Positions 29,061 through 38,703 are shown, counted from the first letter of the stretch. The stretch: 64,000 nt of DNA from Candidatus Marinacidobacterium sp. (GCA_965204755.1 OZ242011.1:2848001-2912000), one strand, 5' to 3'. Numbers and translations: made by a program. The notes: generated by a model not told the origin, from the letters alone.

Positions 29061-30655
29061 CCGCGCCGCCGCCGGGCGCCTCGTTCCGGGAGCGGCGGGG
29101 CGAACTCCGGTGGAACGAGGGGATTCGCGCGCTCATCGCCGCCGGCCTGCGCTTCGGCGGCGGGATGGCGGCCGGCCGGCTCCGGGCCCGCCTGCGCCGC
29201 TACGCCGCCGGCCAGCGCCGGCTGCGGCGCCGCTACCGGATCGAAGCGGACACCCCGCTGACCCGCGACCTGCCGCCGCCGGAGGAGGAGGGCGCCGCCG
29301 GGCGGGGAGCGCCGGTGGCCCTGACTTCGGGGACTTCCGGCGCTCCCCGCGCCGTCGCCTATCCCCGCCGCCGGCTGTCCCTGGTGAGGCGGACCTTCAT
29401 CGAGGCGATGGCGCGGCTGATCGCCGCCGAGCAGGTCCGCCGGACCGGGTTCTACGCCTTCGGGTCGTTCGACCCGGACCGGTCGCTCGGCTCCCTGCTG
29501 ACCGCGGAGCCGAAGGCCCCTTCGCGGTTCGCGCTGCTCCAGGCGCCCTACCGCGCCCACGCCGACCCGGCGCTCCGGAAGGTCGCCGAGGAGTACGGCG
29601 TCCCGGCGGCGCGCCTGCTGGCGCTTTCGGCCTCGGACCCGGGCATCCTCTACGCCACCAACCCCTCCACGATCACCGTCTTCTTCGACGACCTGGAGGC
29701 GGACTGGGACCGGGCGCGCCGGCTGGCGGCGGCGGTCGGCGGGGAGGGGCCGGGGATCGATCCCGCCGTCCTCCGGCTGCTGGGGAAGATCGCCGCGCCC
29801 GGCGCCGCCGACCGGCTGGAACGGGTGGCGGCGAGCGCCGAGCCGCTTCCGGTGACCGACTGGGCGCCGTCCGTCCGCCTGGTGGTCTGCTGGAGCAGCG
29901 GCGCCGCCGCGCCCTTCCTGGCGGCGCTCGACCGCCGGCTCCCGCCGCCCCGCTTCCGCCGGACGCCGATGTTCTCGATGTCCACGGAGACGCTCGAGAC
30001 GATCCCGGACTACCGCGGCGGGGATGCGGCGCTCCTTCCCGCCGCTCCCGGAGTCTTCTACGAGTTCCTGCCCGCCGACGGCGCCGAGACCCCGGAGGCG
30101 CTCCTCCCGCCGACCGAACTGGCGCCGGGCCGGGAGTACGAGATGGTGGTCAGCCACGGCTTCGGCCTCCGGCGTTACCGCACCGGGGACCTCTTCCGCG
30201 TGGAGCGGCGCCGGCGCGGGCTGCCGGACCTGCGGTTCGCCCGCCGCCGGGGGATCGGCTGGTCGTTCACCGGCGAAAAACTCACCGGCGCCCAGGTCGA
30301 GTCGGCGCTCGAAACGGCGTACGAGGCCCGGCCGGAACTTCGGGCGGACTGCTTCCTCGCGCTCTTCCCCGAGGAGCGCGGCCCGGACGCGGTTCCCGGG
30401 TACTGCCTCGCCGCCTTCCGCCGGGGTGACGGGGCCGCGGAAGTCCCGTCCGGTCTCGTCGAGGAGATGGACCGGCTGCTCGCGGAGCGGAACCTCGAAT
30501 ACCGGGCGAAACGCGAGAGCGGCCGCCTCGGGCCGGTGCGTCTCCGGGAGACCGACCGCGACGGCTTCGTCCGGCGCGCGGTCGGCGGCGGCGCGGCCTC
30601 GCTCGACTCCCAGTTCAAGTTCCAGGCGTTCTACCCCCGCCTCTGGGAGGACTGA
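29057..30655 (+). CDS. GH3-family (acyl-amido synthetase-like) adenylating enzyme
   Basis: LTSGTSG P-loop, SMSTE, FYEF, GLRRYRTGD, FTGEK; GTGA overlap with the upstream gene. Confidence 0.75.
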   Translation: MTAPPPGASFRERRGELRWNEGIRALIAAGLRFGGGMAAGRLRARLRRYAAGQRRLRRRYRIEADTPLTRDLPPPEEEGAAGRGAPVALTSGTSGAPRAVAYPRRRLSLVRRTFIEAMARLIAAEQVRRTGFYAFGSFDPDRSLGSLLTAEPKAPSRFALLQAPYRAHADPALRKVAEEYGVPAARLLALSASDPGILYATNPSTITVFFDDLEADWDRARRLAAAVGGEGPGIDPAVLRLLGKIAAPGAADRLERVAASAEPLPVTDWAPSVRLVVCWSSGAAAPFLAALDRRLPPPRFRRTPMFSMSTETLETIPDYRGGDAALLPAAPGVFYEFLPADGAETPEALLPPTELAPGREYEMVVSHGFGLRRYRTGDLFRVERRRRGLPDLRFARRRGIGWSFTGEKLTGAQVESALETAYEARPELRADCFLALFPEERGPDAVPGYCLAAFRRGDGAAEVPSGLVEEMDRLLAERNLEYRAKRESGRLGPVRLRETDRDGFVRRAVGGGAASLDSQFKFQAFYPRLWED

Positions 30656-30780
30656 GCGCGAGGGCCGTCTCGCGCGCCGGGCGCCGCTCGGTGGCGGAAC
30701 CGTCGAGGCGGGCGGATCGTTTTGGAAGGGGTGCAGCGGGGGGCGCTCCCGCCTCCCGGCGACGCGGAAGGAGAGCCCGC

Positions 30781-31683
30781 ATGAGCCACCGCATCCCCAT
30801 CGCCTTCCTGGCGGCGACCCTCATGGCGGGCCTGACAACCGGCCTGACGGCGGGCCTCGCCGCCGCCGCTCCCGGCGACCGCTGCCGCCACCGGGACACC
30901 CGCGAGTTGACCGGGGCCGCCTCGGGCTCGCTCCGGGTGGAGAGCGGCGCCGGCGCCGTCGAAATCGTCGGCGAGAACGGTCGGAGCGACTTCGCCGTGA
31001 CCGCCGAACTCTGCGCCTCCGACGCGGCCCTGCTCGAAGACTTGGGCGTGTCCCTCGCCGGGGGTCGGCTGGACACCTCCTATCCGTCCGGGGGGCTCGG
31101 CTGGAAGGGCGGCTACGCCCGGATCGCCCTCACCGTCCGCGTCCCGACCGCCACGGACATCGTGCTCGTGGACCGCTCCGGGAGCGCGGCCATCTCCGAT
31201 GTGGGGCGGGTGCGCGTGGAGGACGGTTCCGGCGCCCTCACGGTCGAACGGGTGGCCGCCGCGGAGATCGAGGACGGCTCCGGCGCCTTGGTGGTCGCGG
31301 ATGTGGCCGGCGAAGTGGAAATCCGCGACGGCTCCGGCGGCCTCACCCTGCGGCGGGTGGGCCCGGCGCGGGTGCGTGACGGTTCGGGCGCGGTAACCGT
31401 CGAGGGGGTCTCCGGCTCGCTGGAGGTGGAGGACGGCTCCGGCGACCTCGACCTGCGGGAGATCGCCGGCGGCGTGACGATCGAGGACACTTCCGGTTCC
31501 ATCGAAGTCGCCGGGGTCGGCGGGACGGTCCTGATCGAGAGCGACGGCGGGGGCGGGGTCTCCGCGCGCGACATCGAGGGCGACTTCATCGTGGTCGAAG
31601 GCCGCGCCCGGCGGATCCGTTACGAGCGGGTCGCGGGAAGCGTGGAGTTGCCGCCGGAGCGCCGCGCCGCCCGCCGCCGGTAA
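30781..31683 (+). CDS. DUF4097-like beta-strand repeat exported protein
   Basis: Signal peptide and repeated (E/R)DGSG units. Confidence 0.75.
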   Translation: MSHRIPIAFLAATLMAGLTTGLTAGLAAAAPGDRCRHRDTRELTGAASGSLRVESGAGAVEIVGENGRSDFAVTAELCASDAALLEDLGVSLAGGRLDTSYPSGGLGWKGGYARIALTVRVPTATDIVLVDRSGSAAISDVGRVRVEDGSGALTVERVAAAEIEDGSGALVVADVAGEVEIRDGSGGLTLRRVGPARVRDGSGAVTVEGVSGSLEVEDGSGDLDLREIAGGVTIEDTSGSIEVAGVGGTVLIESDGGGGVSARDIEGDFIVVEGRARRIRYERVAGSVELPPERRAARRR

Positions 31684-31690
31684 CCGCCGG

Positions 31691-32332
31691 TCAGTCCGGG
31701 GCGTCGAGGACGGCGGCGAGCCGCGCGAGCGACTCGAAGTCGCGGCCCCGGACCAGCGCCCGGCAGCCGGCTGCGGCGGCGGCCGCCCCGTCGGTTTCGG
31801 CGCGGTCGCCGAGGTGGAGCAGCGCTTCCGCCGCGATCCCCAAGTCGGCGAGGGCGCGCCGGAAGACCGCCGGATCGGGCTTGAGGCGGCCGACTTCCTC
31901 CGCCGCGTAGATGCGGTCGAACCGGCCGCCCAGTCCGAGCGCCTCGAGTTTCGCCGCCGGCTCGTAGTCCGAAACTACGACCACCCGCCCCACGCGCCGC
32001 CGCACGACTTCGAGCAACGGGAGGACGCCCGGCGCCGGCCCGATCCCGCGCATCACCGGCAGGAGGAGACGGCCCTCGGCGGCGAGACGCGCCGCCTTCG
32101 ATGCCGCCCAGCCGTCGTCGAGCCTCCCGCCGCGCCGCCGCGCCGCCTCGGCCCGGCGGTAGGCGCGCCGCAGCGTCCCGAGGTCCGCGAAAGGCGCCGC
32201 CGACCCCCGGCCGAGCGACTGCCGCGCCGCCTCGCCGACGATCCGGCGGCGGAGCCCCCGGACGGAGTAGAGGGTTCCGTCCAAGTCGAAGGACACCGCC
32301 GCCACCCCGGCCAGCGGATCCGCCCGGTTCAT
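31691..32332 (-). CDS. HAD-superfamily hydrolase
   Basis: FDLDGTLY, KPDP, HLGDRAETD motifs. Confidence 0.85.
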   Translation of the reverse strand: MNRADPLAGVAAVSFDLDGTLYSVRGLRRRIVGEAARQSLGRGSAAPFADLGTLRRAYRRAEAARRRGGRLDDGWAASKAARLAAEGRLLLPVMRGIGPAPGVLPLLEVVRRRVGRVVVVSDYEPAAKLEALGLGGRFDRIYAAEEVGRLKPDPAVFRRALADLGIAAEALLHLGDRAETDGAAAAAAGCRALVRGRDFESLARLAAVLDAPD

Positions 32333-32380
32333 CCGGAGAGGCCCCGCGATCGGGCCGGCCGGCTCTGCCGGCCGCCGCGC

Positions 32381-33478
32381 CTACTCGCCGCCCGCCATCC
32401 GCGAGAACTTGCGGATCATCCGCTGGCGCACCTCGCCGCCGTACACGCTGCCGTCCATCCCCACGGCGATCCCCTCCGGGCCGCTGGTCACCGGCTCGGC
32501 GCCGGGTTCGAGGTCCGAGACATCGTCGGGGAGGAAGTGGGTCACCGTCCCGTCCACGGCGCTGCCGATGCGGATGCCCCGGGAAAAGCCCGGATTCGCC
32601 TCGGAGGTGGACTCGGAATCCGCCACATAGATCGTGTCGTCGGCGGTGATGAACACCCCGCTCGGCCGCCCGAACTGCAGCCACTCGGCGATGAAGCCGC
32701 CGTCCCGGTCGAGCACCTGGACCCGGTTGTTCCCCCGGTCGCCCACGAAGAGCCGTCCCCCGGAGTCCATCGCCAGCGCGTGCGGGTCGCGGAACTGCCC
32801 CGGCCCGGTCCCGGTCTCGCCGAACGCCCCCAGGAACTCGCCCTCCGGGGAGAACTTCTGGATCCGGTTGTTGCCGCCGGAGTTGTGGCCGTCGGCCACG
32901 AAGATCGTCCCGTCGGGGGCCACCAGGACATCCGAAGGCATGTTGAACTGTCCCTCGGCGTCGCCCGGGCTCCCGGCCTCGCCGAGCCGCAGCAGCACCT
33001 CGCCCTCGCGGCTGAACTTGAGCACCTGGTGCCCTTTCCCTTCGGGGGCGCAGCGGTTGTCGAACCCGCAGGCGTCGGTGACCCAGAGGTTCCCCTCGCG
33101 GTCCACGAACATGCCGTGCGGCCAGGAGATCAGCCCCGCGCCGAAACTGCGGACCGCTTCCCCTTCGGGCGTGAACAGGACGATCGGGTCCACTTCGGGG
33201 CGGTCGCCGCAGTAGTTCTGGCCGCACCGCTCCGCGGTCCAGATGTTCCCGTCGGCGGCGGGGTAGATCGCGCTGATCGAACCGAAGGCGCGGTCGCCGG
33301 GAAGGTCGCCCCACATCGGCGCCGCGGTGAAGGGGTTCGGGTAGTCGTCGTTCACGGAGACCTGGGCCTCGGGGGCCGGCTCCGGGGCGGCGCCCCCGCC
33401 GCAGGCGAGGGGCCCGAGCGCGGCGGCCGCGGCGAGAAGCAGGGTGGGGCCGAAGTGGCGGCGGCGGTCGGTGGCCAT
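32381..33478 (-). CDS. NHL-repeat lipoprotein (peptidyl-hydroxyglycine amidating lyase-like)
   Basis: Lipobox LAC; WPHGMFVD, GQFNMPSDV, GQFRDPHAL, GDRGNNRVQ repeats. Confidence 0.85.
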   Translation of the reverse strand: MATDRRRHFGPTLLLAAAAALGPLACGGGAAPEPAPEAQVSVNDDYPNPFTAAPMWGDLPGDRAFGSISAIYPAADGNIWTAERCGQNYCGDRPEVDPIVLFTPEGEAVRSFGAGLISWPHGMFVDREGNLWVTDACGFDNRCAPEGKGHQVLKFSREGEVLLRLGEAGSPGDAEGQFNMPSDVLVAPDGTIFVADGHNSGGNNRIQKFSPEGEFLGAFGETGTGPGQFRDPHALAMDSGGRLFVGDRGNNRVQVLDRDGGFIAEWLQFGRPSGVFITADDTIYVADSESTSEANPGFSRGIRIGSAVDGTVTHFLPDDVSDLEPGAEPVTSGPEGIAVGMDGSVYGGEVRQRMIRKFSRMAGGE

Positions 33479-33572
33479 GGCGTTCGCTCCTTGCTCCGCC
33501 GATCCCGGCGGAACCGGGCATTCTACGGAGGGGCGCCCTCGCCGCGGGCCGCCGGGGCCGGGCGCCGGCCGG

Positions 33573-34016
33573 CTACCCGGCGGGCGGCTCCCGTTCGCTG
33601 ACCGACAGGACCACCACATAGTCGATCAGCGGGATGCGCCCGGAGCGCGGCGCCGGCGCCACTTCGTGCGCCCGGATCTCGAAGTTCGCGAAGTTCCCGG
33701 CGCCGGACCCCCCGTCGTCGATGCGGAGCCGCACGGCGCCCTGCCGCTCGCGGTCTTCGACTTCGAGGTCGAGTTCGACATAGCCGGGCGCGTCGCAGGG
33801 CGCCGCGGCGCATCTCCCGTCGAGCCCGACGGAGCCGATGGACACATACAGGTAGTTCGTCGGCCCGATCACCAGGCCGAGTTCCCCGGCGCGCAGCGGG
33901 AAGCGGACGCCGGCTTCCGCGCGGAAGTCCGCCGCCGGCAGCGAGGGGGTCGCCGCGGTGTTGCACGCCGCGGTGAGCCCCGCCCCGAGGGCCACGAGAC
34001 CGACCGCCGCCCGCAA
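33573..34016 (-). CDS. Hypothetical lipoprotein
   Basis: TTG at 34016 gives MRAAVGLVALGAGLTAAC (lipobox). The ORF also reads through the MITE from ATG 34283. Confidence 0.55.
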   Translation of the reverse strand: MRAAVGLVALGAGLTAACNTAATPSLPAADFRAEAGVRFPLRAGELGLVIGPTNYLYVSIGSVGLDGRCAAAPCDAPGYVELDLEVEDRERQGAVRLRIDDGGSGAGNFANFEIRAHEVAPAPRSGRIPLIDYVVVLSVSEREPPAG

Positions 34017-34237
34017 CAGCCCGCGGCGAAAGTCCGGGACGCGCTCGTCGGCGCGAAGCGCCGACCGGGGAGGGGTGCGGGGAGGGGGCGCCCCCCTCCC
34101 CGCGATAGATGGCGGGGGGAATCGCGCAGCGATTCGCGCCGCCGGCCCGGGGGAAGACCGCCCCGCCACGGCGCCGAACGGGGAATTCGCATCCCCGGGT
34201 CGGGGAGTGGAGGGCGGGGCGCTCTTTCCCCGGGCTG
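34017..34237 (-). mobile_element. MITE-like element, copy 3
   Basis: Reverse-complement homolog of 1296-1528; TIRs CAGCCCGCGGCGAAAG / CTTTCCCCGGGCTG; flanked by CAA on both sides (34014-34016, 34238-34240). Confidence 0.75.
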
Positions 34238-34344
34238 CAAGGACCCGGAGGGAAGCGCGCCGGGAGGGCGGAACTCCGTACATCGCTGCCGGGGATTCTA
34301 GGAAGCGGGCGGCGCCGGGGAGTCGGCGGCGGGCCGGCGGGCGG

Positions 34345-35448
34345 TCACCCTTCGTCGTCGAGGCGGGCGACTTCGTCGCGCTCGAAGACCGGCAGGTCGC
34401 GCCGGGCCGAGCCGCGCACCAGCCGCAGCCCCTCCGACCGGCGGACGAACTGGCCGATCACGAACCCGGGGCCGCCGGCGGCCTCGAGCCGCTCCAGCAG
34501 GTCGTCCACCGACCCTTCGGCGCAGGCGACCAGCAGCGCCCCGGAGCCGACGGCGCCCAGGATGTCCAGCGAGAAGCGCTTCATCAGCCGCTTGGATTCG
34601 TAGAACCGGGGGATCTCGGTCTCCGCCACCGCGACTCCCAACTCGGCCCGGTCCGCCATCTCCCGGACGGCGGTGGCGACCCCGCCCTCGGTCACATCGT
34701 GCATCGCGGTCACCCCCGGCGTCCCGGCGGCGGCCCGCGCCTCCGCCACCACGGAGAGGCCCGGGTCCCGGACGAACCGGGCGCACCGGGCGCGGAACTC
34801 CTCCCCGAAGGCGCGGGCCACCTCCCCGGCGCGGCTCTCGGCGATCACCGCGGTGGCCTCGATGGCGATGCCCCGGGTGATGACCAGCATGTCCCCGAGG
34901 CGCGCCCCGCCGGTCGGCTTGACGCGCTCCGGGGCGGCGGTCCCCACCATCGCCCCCGCCACCACGATCCGGGAGACGGCCGGGGTGATCTCGGTGTGGC
35001 CGCCGGCCGGGACCGCGCCCACTTCCCGGCAGGCCCCGGCGACCTCCTCCGCCACCCGCCGCAGTTGTTCCTCGCCGGTTCCCGGCGGGGCGAGCAGCGA
35101 GGAGAGGAACCACTTCGGCTCCCCGCCGGTCGCCGCCACATCGTTCGCGTTCACGATCACCGCGTGCCGCCCGGGTTCGTCGGTGGGGAAGGTGATCGGG
35201 TCCGCCGCCATCACCACCCGCGGCGCCCCTTCGCCGTCCGCGCCCCCCTCCGCGCCCCCGACCGGAGCGACCCGGGCGACCGCCGCGTCCTCCCCCGCCG
35301 CCGGCCCGATCTCCAGCCCCCCGCCGCCGGGCCCGCCGTCCGGGCCCGCCCCCGACACCCGCGCCAGCCGCTCGAGCACCGCGTCCAGCACCCGCCGCGG
35401 GACCTTCCCCTCCGGGAGTTCGCCGCCCCGCTCCGGCCCCTCCGCCAT
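34345..35448 (-). CDS. AIR-synthase-related (HypE/ThiL/PurM superfamily) protein
   Basis: LPEGK, GEDAAV, DPITF, NANDVAATGG, GGHTE, MHDVTEGG. Confidence 0.85.
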   Translation of the reverse strand: MAEGPERGGELPEGKVPRRVLDAVLERLARVSGAGPDGGPGGGGLEIGPAAGEDAAVARVAPVGGAEGGADGEGAPRVVMAADPITFPTDEPGRHAVIVNANDVAATGGEPKWFLSSLLAPPGTGEEQLRRVAEEVAGACREVGAVPAGGHTEITPAVSRIVVAGAMVGTAAPERVKPTGGARLGDMLVITRGIAIEATAVIAESRAGEVARAFGEEFRARCARFVRDPGLSVVAEARAAAGTPGVTAMHDVTEGGVATAVREMADRAELGVAVAETEIPRFYESKRLMKRFSLDILGAVGSGALLVACAEGSVDDLLERLEAAGGPGFVIGQFVRRSEGLRLVRGSARRDLPVFERDEVARLDDEG

Positions 35449-35470
35449 GACGCCGAGAATACCCGCCACC

Positions 35471-35518
35471 ATCGGCCCCCGGATCGGCCCCCCGATCGGC
35501 CCCCGGATCGGCCCCCGG
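35471..35518. repeat. 4 x 12-bp tandem repeat ATCGGCCCCCGG in a divergent promoter region
   Basis: Copies at 35471, 35483, 35495 and 35507 between the AIR-synthase-like gene and trkA. Confidence 0.85.
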
Positions 35519-35544
35519 CCGGGTAATCTCTCCCGCCCCCGCCC

Positions 35545-36912
35545 ATGCGACTCGTCGTCCTGGGGGCGGGCCAGATGGGGGAGCACCTGCTCCAGGAACT
35601 CATCCGGCTGCCCCGCCGCCTCGACATCACCCTGATCGAGAAGGACGCCCACAGCGAGCACCTGCTCAGCCGGTTCGACATCGGCTTCGCCCAGGGCGAC
35701 GCCCGGGTCCCGTCGGTGCTCAGCCAGCACTGCGCCGACGCCGATGTGCTGTTCGCCCTCACGAACGACGACGCGACGAACCTGCTCGCCGCCCTCACCG
35801 CGACCGACTCGGCGATCGGCGTCCAACGCGCGGTCGTCCGCCTGAGCGACGCCCGGCACTTGGAGAACCCGCTGCTCCGGGACGGCGACCGGAAGTCCAA
35901 GATCGACGCCATCCTGCCGGAGGAACGGGTCGCCGAGGAGATCCTGGGCCTGATCCGGCTGCCCGGGGCGAAGTCGGTCCGGTCGTTCGGCGGCGGCGAC
36001 CTGGTGCTGCTGCGGGCGGCGCCGACCAACCCGGAAGTCTTCGACCGCCCCCTCGCCGGGATCCGGGCCGCCCCCCGGGGCTGGATCCTCACCGGCATCC
36101 TCCGCGCCGCCGAGGCCGGCCGGCTGGAGATCCCCCGGGGCCGGAGCCGGGTCCGGGCCGGGGACGAAGTGTTCGCGGTGGGGCCGGCGTCCATGGCGCC
36201 GGACTTCCTGAAGTTGCTGGGACTCCAGCAGCCGCCGGCCCAGCGCGTGGTGGTCGCCGGGCTCGGCCAGGTGGGGCAGCGGCTGAGCCGGATGCTGGTG
36301 GATTCCGGGGTCGAGGTAACCACGATCAAGCGCCCCTCGAACCCGGCGGTCTCGCCGGCCTCGGTCAGCATCCTGGGCGACGCCACCCACGAACACATCC
36401 TCCAGGAGGCGATGGTCGAGGACGCGGACTTCTTCGTCGCGGCGACCGACGCCGACGAAGTGAACTTCATGGCGGCGCACCTGGCCAAGCAGTTGGGCGC
36501 CCGCCGGACGATCGCCCTCCACAACCGCCACGACTTCAACGATGTGATGCGGGCGGTCGGCGTGGACCACCCGATCTCCCCGGCGGTCATCACCGCCGGC
36601 GCGCTCCTGCGCCCGCTCCACTCCCGCGCCACGGTGCGGCTGGACTGGGTGGAGGGCGGCGGCGAACTGGCGGAGTTCCGGGTCGCCGACGGCAGCCCGG
36701 CCACCGAGCGCCCGCTCCGCGACCTCGGCATCCCCCACTCCTCCATCGTCGGCGAAGTCGTCCGCGACGGGGTGGGCGCCTTCGTCCCCGACGGCGACAC
36801 CCGGTTCCTCGGGGGGGACCGGGTCGCGGTGTTCCTGGAACAGGGCGGGAACGGCGCCGAGCCCGAGCCGCTGTGCGAACTCGAGGAAGTGTTCGGCCTC
36901 AGCCGGGACTGA
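35545..36912 (+). CDS. trkA: Trk potassium transporter NAD-binding subunit
   Basis: Two RCK/Rossmann halves (VVLGAGQMG; VVAGLGQVG), ALTNDDATNL; adjacent to trkH. Confidence 0.85.
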   Translation: MRLVVLGAGQMGEHLLQELIRLPRRLDITLIEKDAHSEHLLSRFDIGFAQGDARVPSVLSQHCADADVLFALTNDDATNLLAALTATDSAIGVQRAVVRLSDARHLENPLLRDGDRKSKIDAILPEERVAEEILGLIRLPGAKSVRSFGGGDLVLLRAAPTNPEVFDRPLAGIRAAPRGWILTGILRAAEAGRLEIPRGRSRVRAGDEVFAVGPASMAPDFLKLLGLQQPPAQRVVVAGLGQVGQRLSRMLVDSGVEVTTIKRPSNPAVSPASVSILGDATHEHILQEAMVEDADFFVAATDADEVNFMAAHLAKQLGARRTIALHNRHDFNDVMRAVGVDHPISPAVITAGALLRPLHSRATVRLDWVEGGGELAEFRVADGSPATERPLRDLGIPHSSIVGEVVRDGVGAFVPDGDTRFLGGDRVAVFLEQGGNGAEPEPLCELEEVFGLSRD

Positions 36913-37050
36913 CGGCCGTCCCCGCTTCGTGACCCCGGGTCCGGCGCGGGCGGCCGCCGGAGGGCCGCCGGCCCGCCCGCCGGCCCGCCCGCCGGCCCGT
37001 CCGACGGCCGCCGGCCCCCTCCCCGGAGTCTCCCGCGAGGGCCGCCCCGC

Positions 37051-38592
37051 ATGAAGCGCGTCGAGACCCTCGCGCTCCTCGGCCGGCTCTCCGGCGCCTT
37101 CGGCGCGGCGCTCCTCGTGCCGCTCGCCGCGGCGTTCCACTACCGGGAGTCCGCCTGGCTGGCCTTCGCCCTGCCGTCGGCGCTCGGCCTGTTCTTCGGT
37201 TTCCTCTCCCGGCGCGTCCCGCTCGAGTCCGCCGACCGGGCCGGCGCCCGGGGCGGGCCCAAGGTCTATCTCTTCGTCGTCCTCGCCTGGGTGCTCGCGG
37301 TGCTCTTCGCCGCGCTCCCCTACCTGGCGTTCTTCGGCCCCGCCTTCGCGGTGGACGCGGTCTTCGAGTCCGCCTCCGGCATCTCCACCACCGGCGCCAC
37401 CATCTTCGCGGAAGTCGAGTCGCTCCCCCGCTCGCTGCTGCTCTGGCGGGCGCTCACCCAGTGGCTCGGCGGGCTGGGCATCGTGATCCTGTTCGTCCTG
37501 GTCCTCGGCCGCCGGCACTGGGGCGTGGATGTGCTGACCGCCGAGGCGCCGGGGCCGACCGTCGAGAAGACCGAGCCGCGCATCGTCGAGACCGCCCGCG
37601 ACACCGTGCTGGTGGGGGCGGCGCTCACCGCCGTCCTGGTCGTGGTGCTCCTGCTGCTCGACATGCCGGCGTTCGACGCGGTCTGCCACGCCCTCACCAC
37701 CCTCGCCACCGGGGGCTTTTCCTCCCGGAACGCCGGGCTCGGCGCCTTCGGGCCGGCGATCCAGTGGACGATCACCGGCTTCATGCTGCTGGGCGGCGTC
37801 CGCTTCGCCATCCACATCTACGGCGTCCGCCGGATGGTCCGGCGGCTCGGCCGGCTCTGGCAGCGCCTGCGCGGCGTCCGCCGGCCCAAGATCTCCGCCC
37901 CGCCCCTGGCCAGTTACTTCGGCGACCCCGAACTGCGGCTCTATCTCGGCATCGCCGCCCTCGCCACCGGAACCCTGTTCGCCACCCGGCTCGCCGCCGG
38001 GGAAGACGCCGCCGAGGGGCTCCGCCACGCCGCGTTCCAGGCGGTCGCGGTCATCACCACCACCGGGTACCACACCGTGGACTACAACGGCTGGTCGGAC
38101 CTGGCGCGCCTGTCGCTGCTCCTCCTGATGTTCGTCGGCGGCTGCGTGGGCTCCACCGCCGGCTCCGTCAAGGTGCTGCGCTGGGTGATCCTCCTGCGGA
38201 AGGTCCCGCTGGCGGTCCGCGCGGTCACCCAGCCGCACACCGAACTGGTGGTGCGGGTCGGGGAGCGGGTGATCCCGGCGTCCCTGAGCGGCGCCGTCGG
38301 CGAGTTCGTGCTGTTCTTCGTGGGGATCGCGGCGGCGGCCTCGCTGGCGCTGGTCGCGATGGGCGTCGACCCGCTGACGGCGGTCAGCGCGGCGGCGGCG
38401 AGCGTGACCAATGTGGGCCCGGGGCTCGGCGCGGTCGGCCCCGCCGCCAGTTACGGCGGGCTGCCGGCGGCGGCGAAACTGCTCCTCTCCGCCCTCATGA
38501 TCGTCGGCCGGCTGGAAGTGGTCACGGTGGCGGTGCTCCTCCTCGGGCCGTTGCACTCGCTGCGCTTCCGGCTGCGCTCGCTGTTGGGCTGA
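37051..38592 (+). CDS. trkH: Trk potassium transporter membrane subunit
   Basis: Filter motifs FESASGISTTGAT, TLATGGFS, ITTTGY, TNVGPG; WRALTQWLGGLGI; GRLE. Confidence 0.92.
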   Translation: MKRVETLALLGRLSGAFGAALLVPLAAAFHYRESAWLAFALPSALGLFFGFLSRRVPLESADRAGARGGPKVYLFVVLAWVLAVLFAALPYLAFFGPAFAVDAVFESASGISTTGATIFAEVESLPRSLLLWRALTQWLGGLGIVILFVLVLGRRHWGVDVLTAEAPGPTVEKTEPRIVETARDTVLVGAALTAVLVVVLLLLDMPAFDAVCHALTTLATGGFSSRNAGLGAFGPAIQWTITGFMLLGGVRFAIHIYGVRRMVRRLGRLWQRLRGVRRPKISAPPLASYFGDPELRLYLGIAALATGTLFATRLAAGEDAAEGLRHAAFQAVAVITTTGYHTVDYNGWSDLARLSLLLLMFVGGCVGSTAGSVKVLRWVILLRKVPLAVRAVTQPHTELVVRVGERVIPASLSGAVGEFVLFFVGIAAAASLALVAMGVDPLTAVSAAAASVTNVGPGLGAVGPAASYGGLPAAAKLLLSALMIVGRLEVVTVAVLLLGPLHSLRFRLRSLLG

Positions 38593-38673
38593 CCCTCGGG
38601 CTGAGCCTCGGGCTGACCCTCCCGCCGCGCGGCTGATCCTCCCGCCGCCCGGCTGATCCTCCCGCCGCGCGGC
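38586..38673. repeat. Compound tandem repeat: 3 x 12 bp GGGCTGACCCTC then ~2.5 x 20 bp
   Basis: Begins across the trkH stop codon; directly visible. Confidence 0.75.
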
Positions 38674-38703
38674 GGCCGCGCGCGCCCCTACAATCCGCCG
38701 CCG

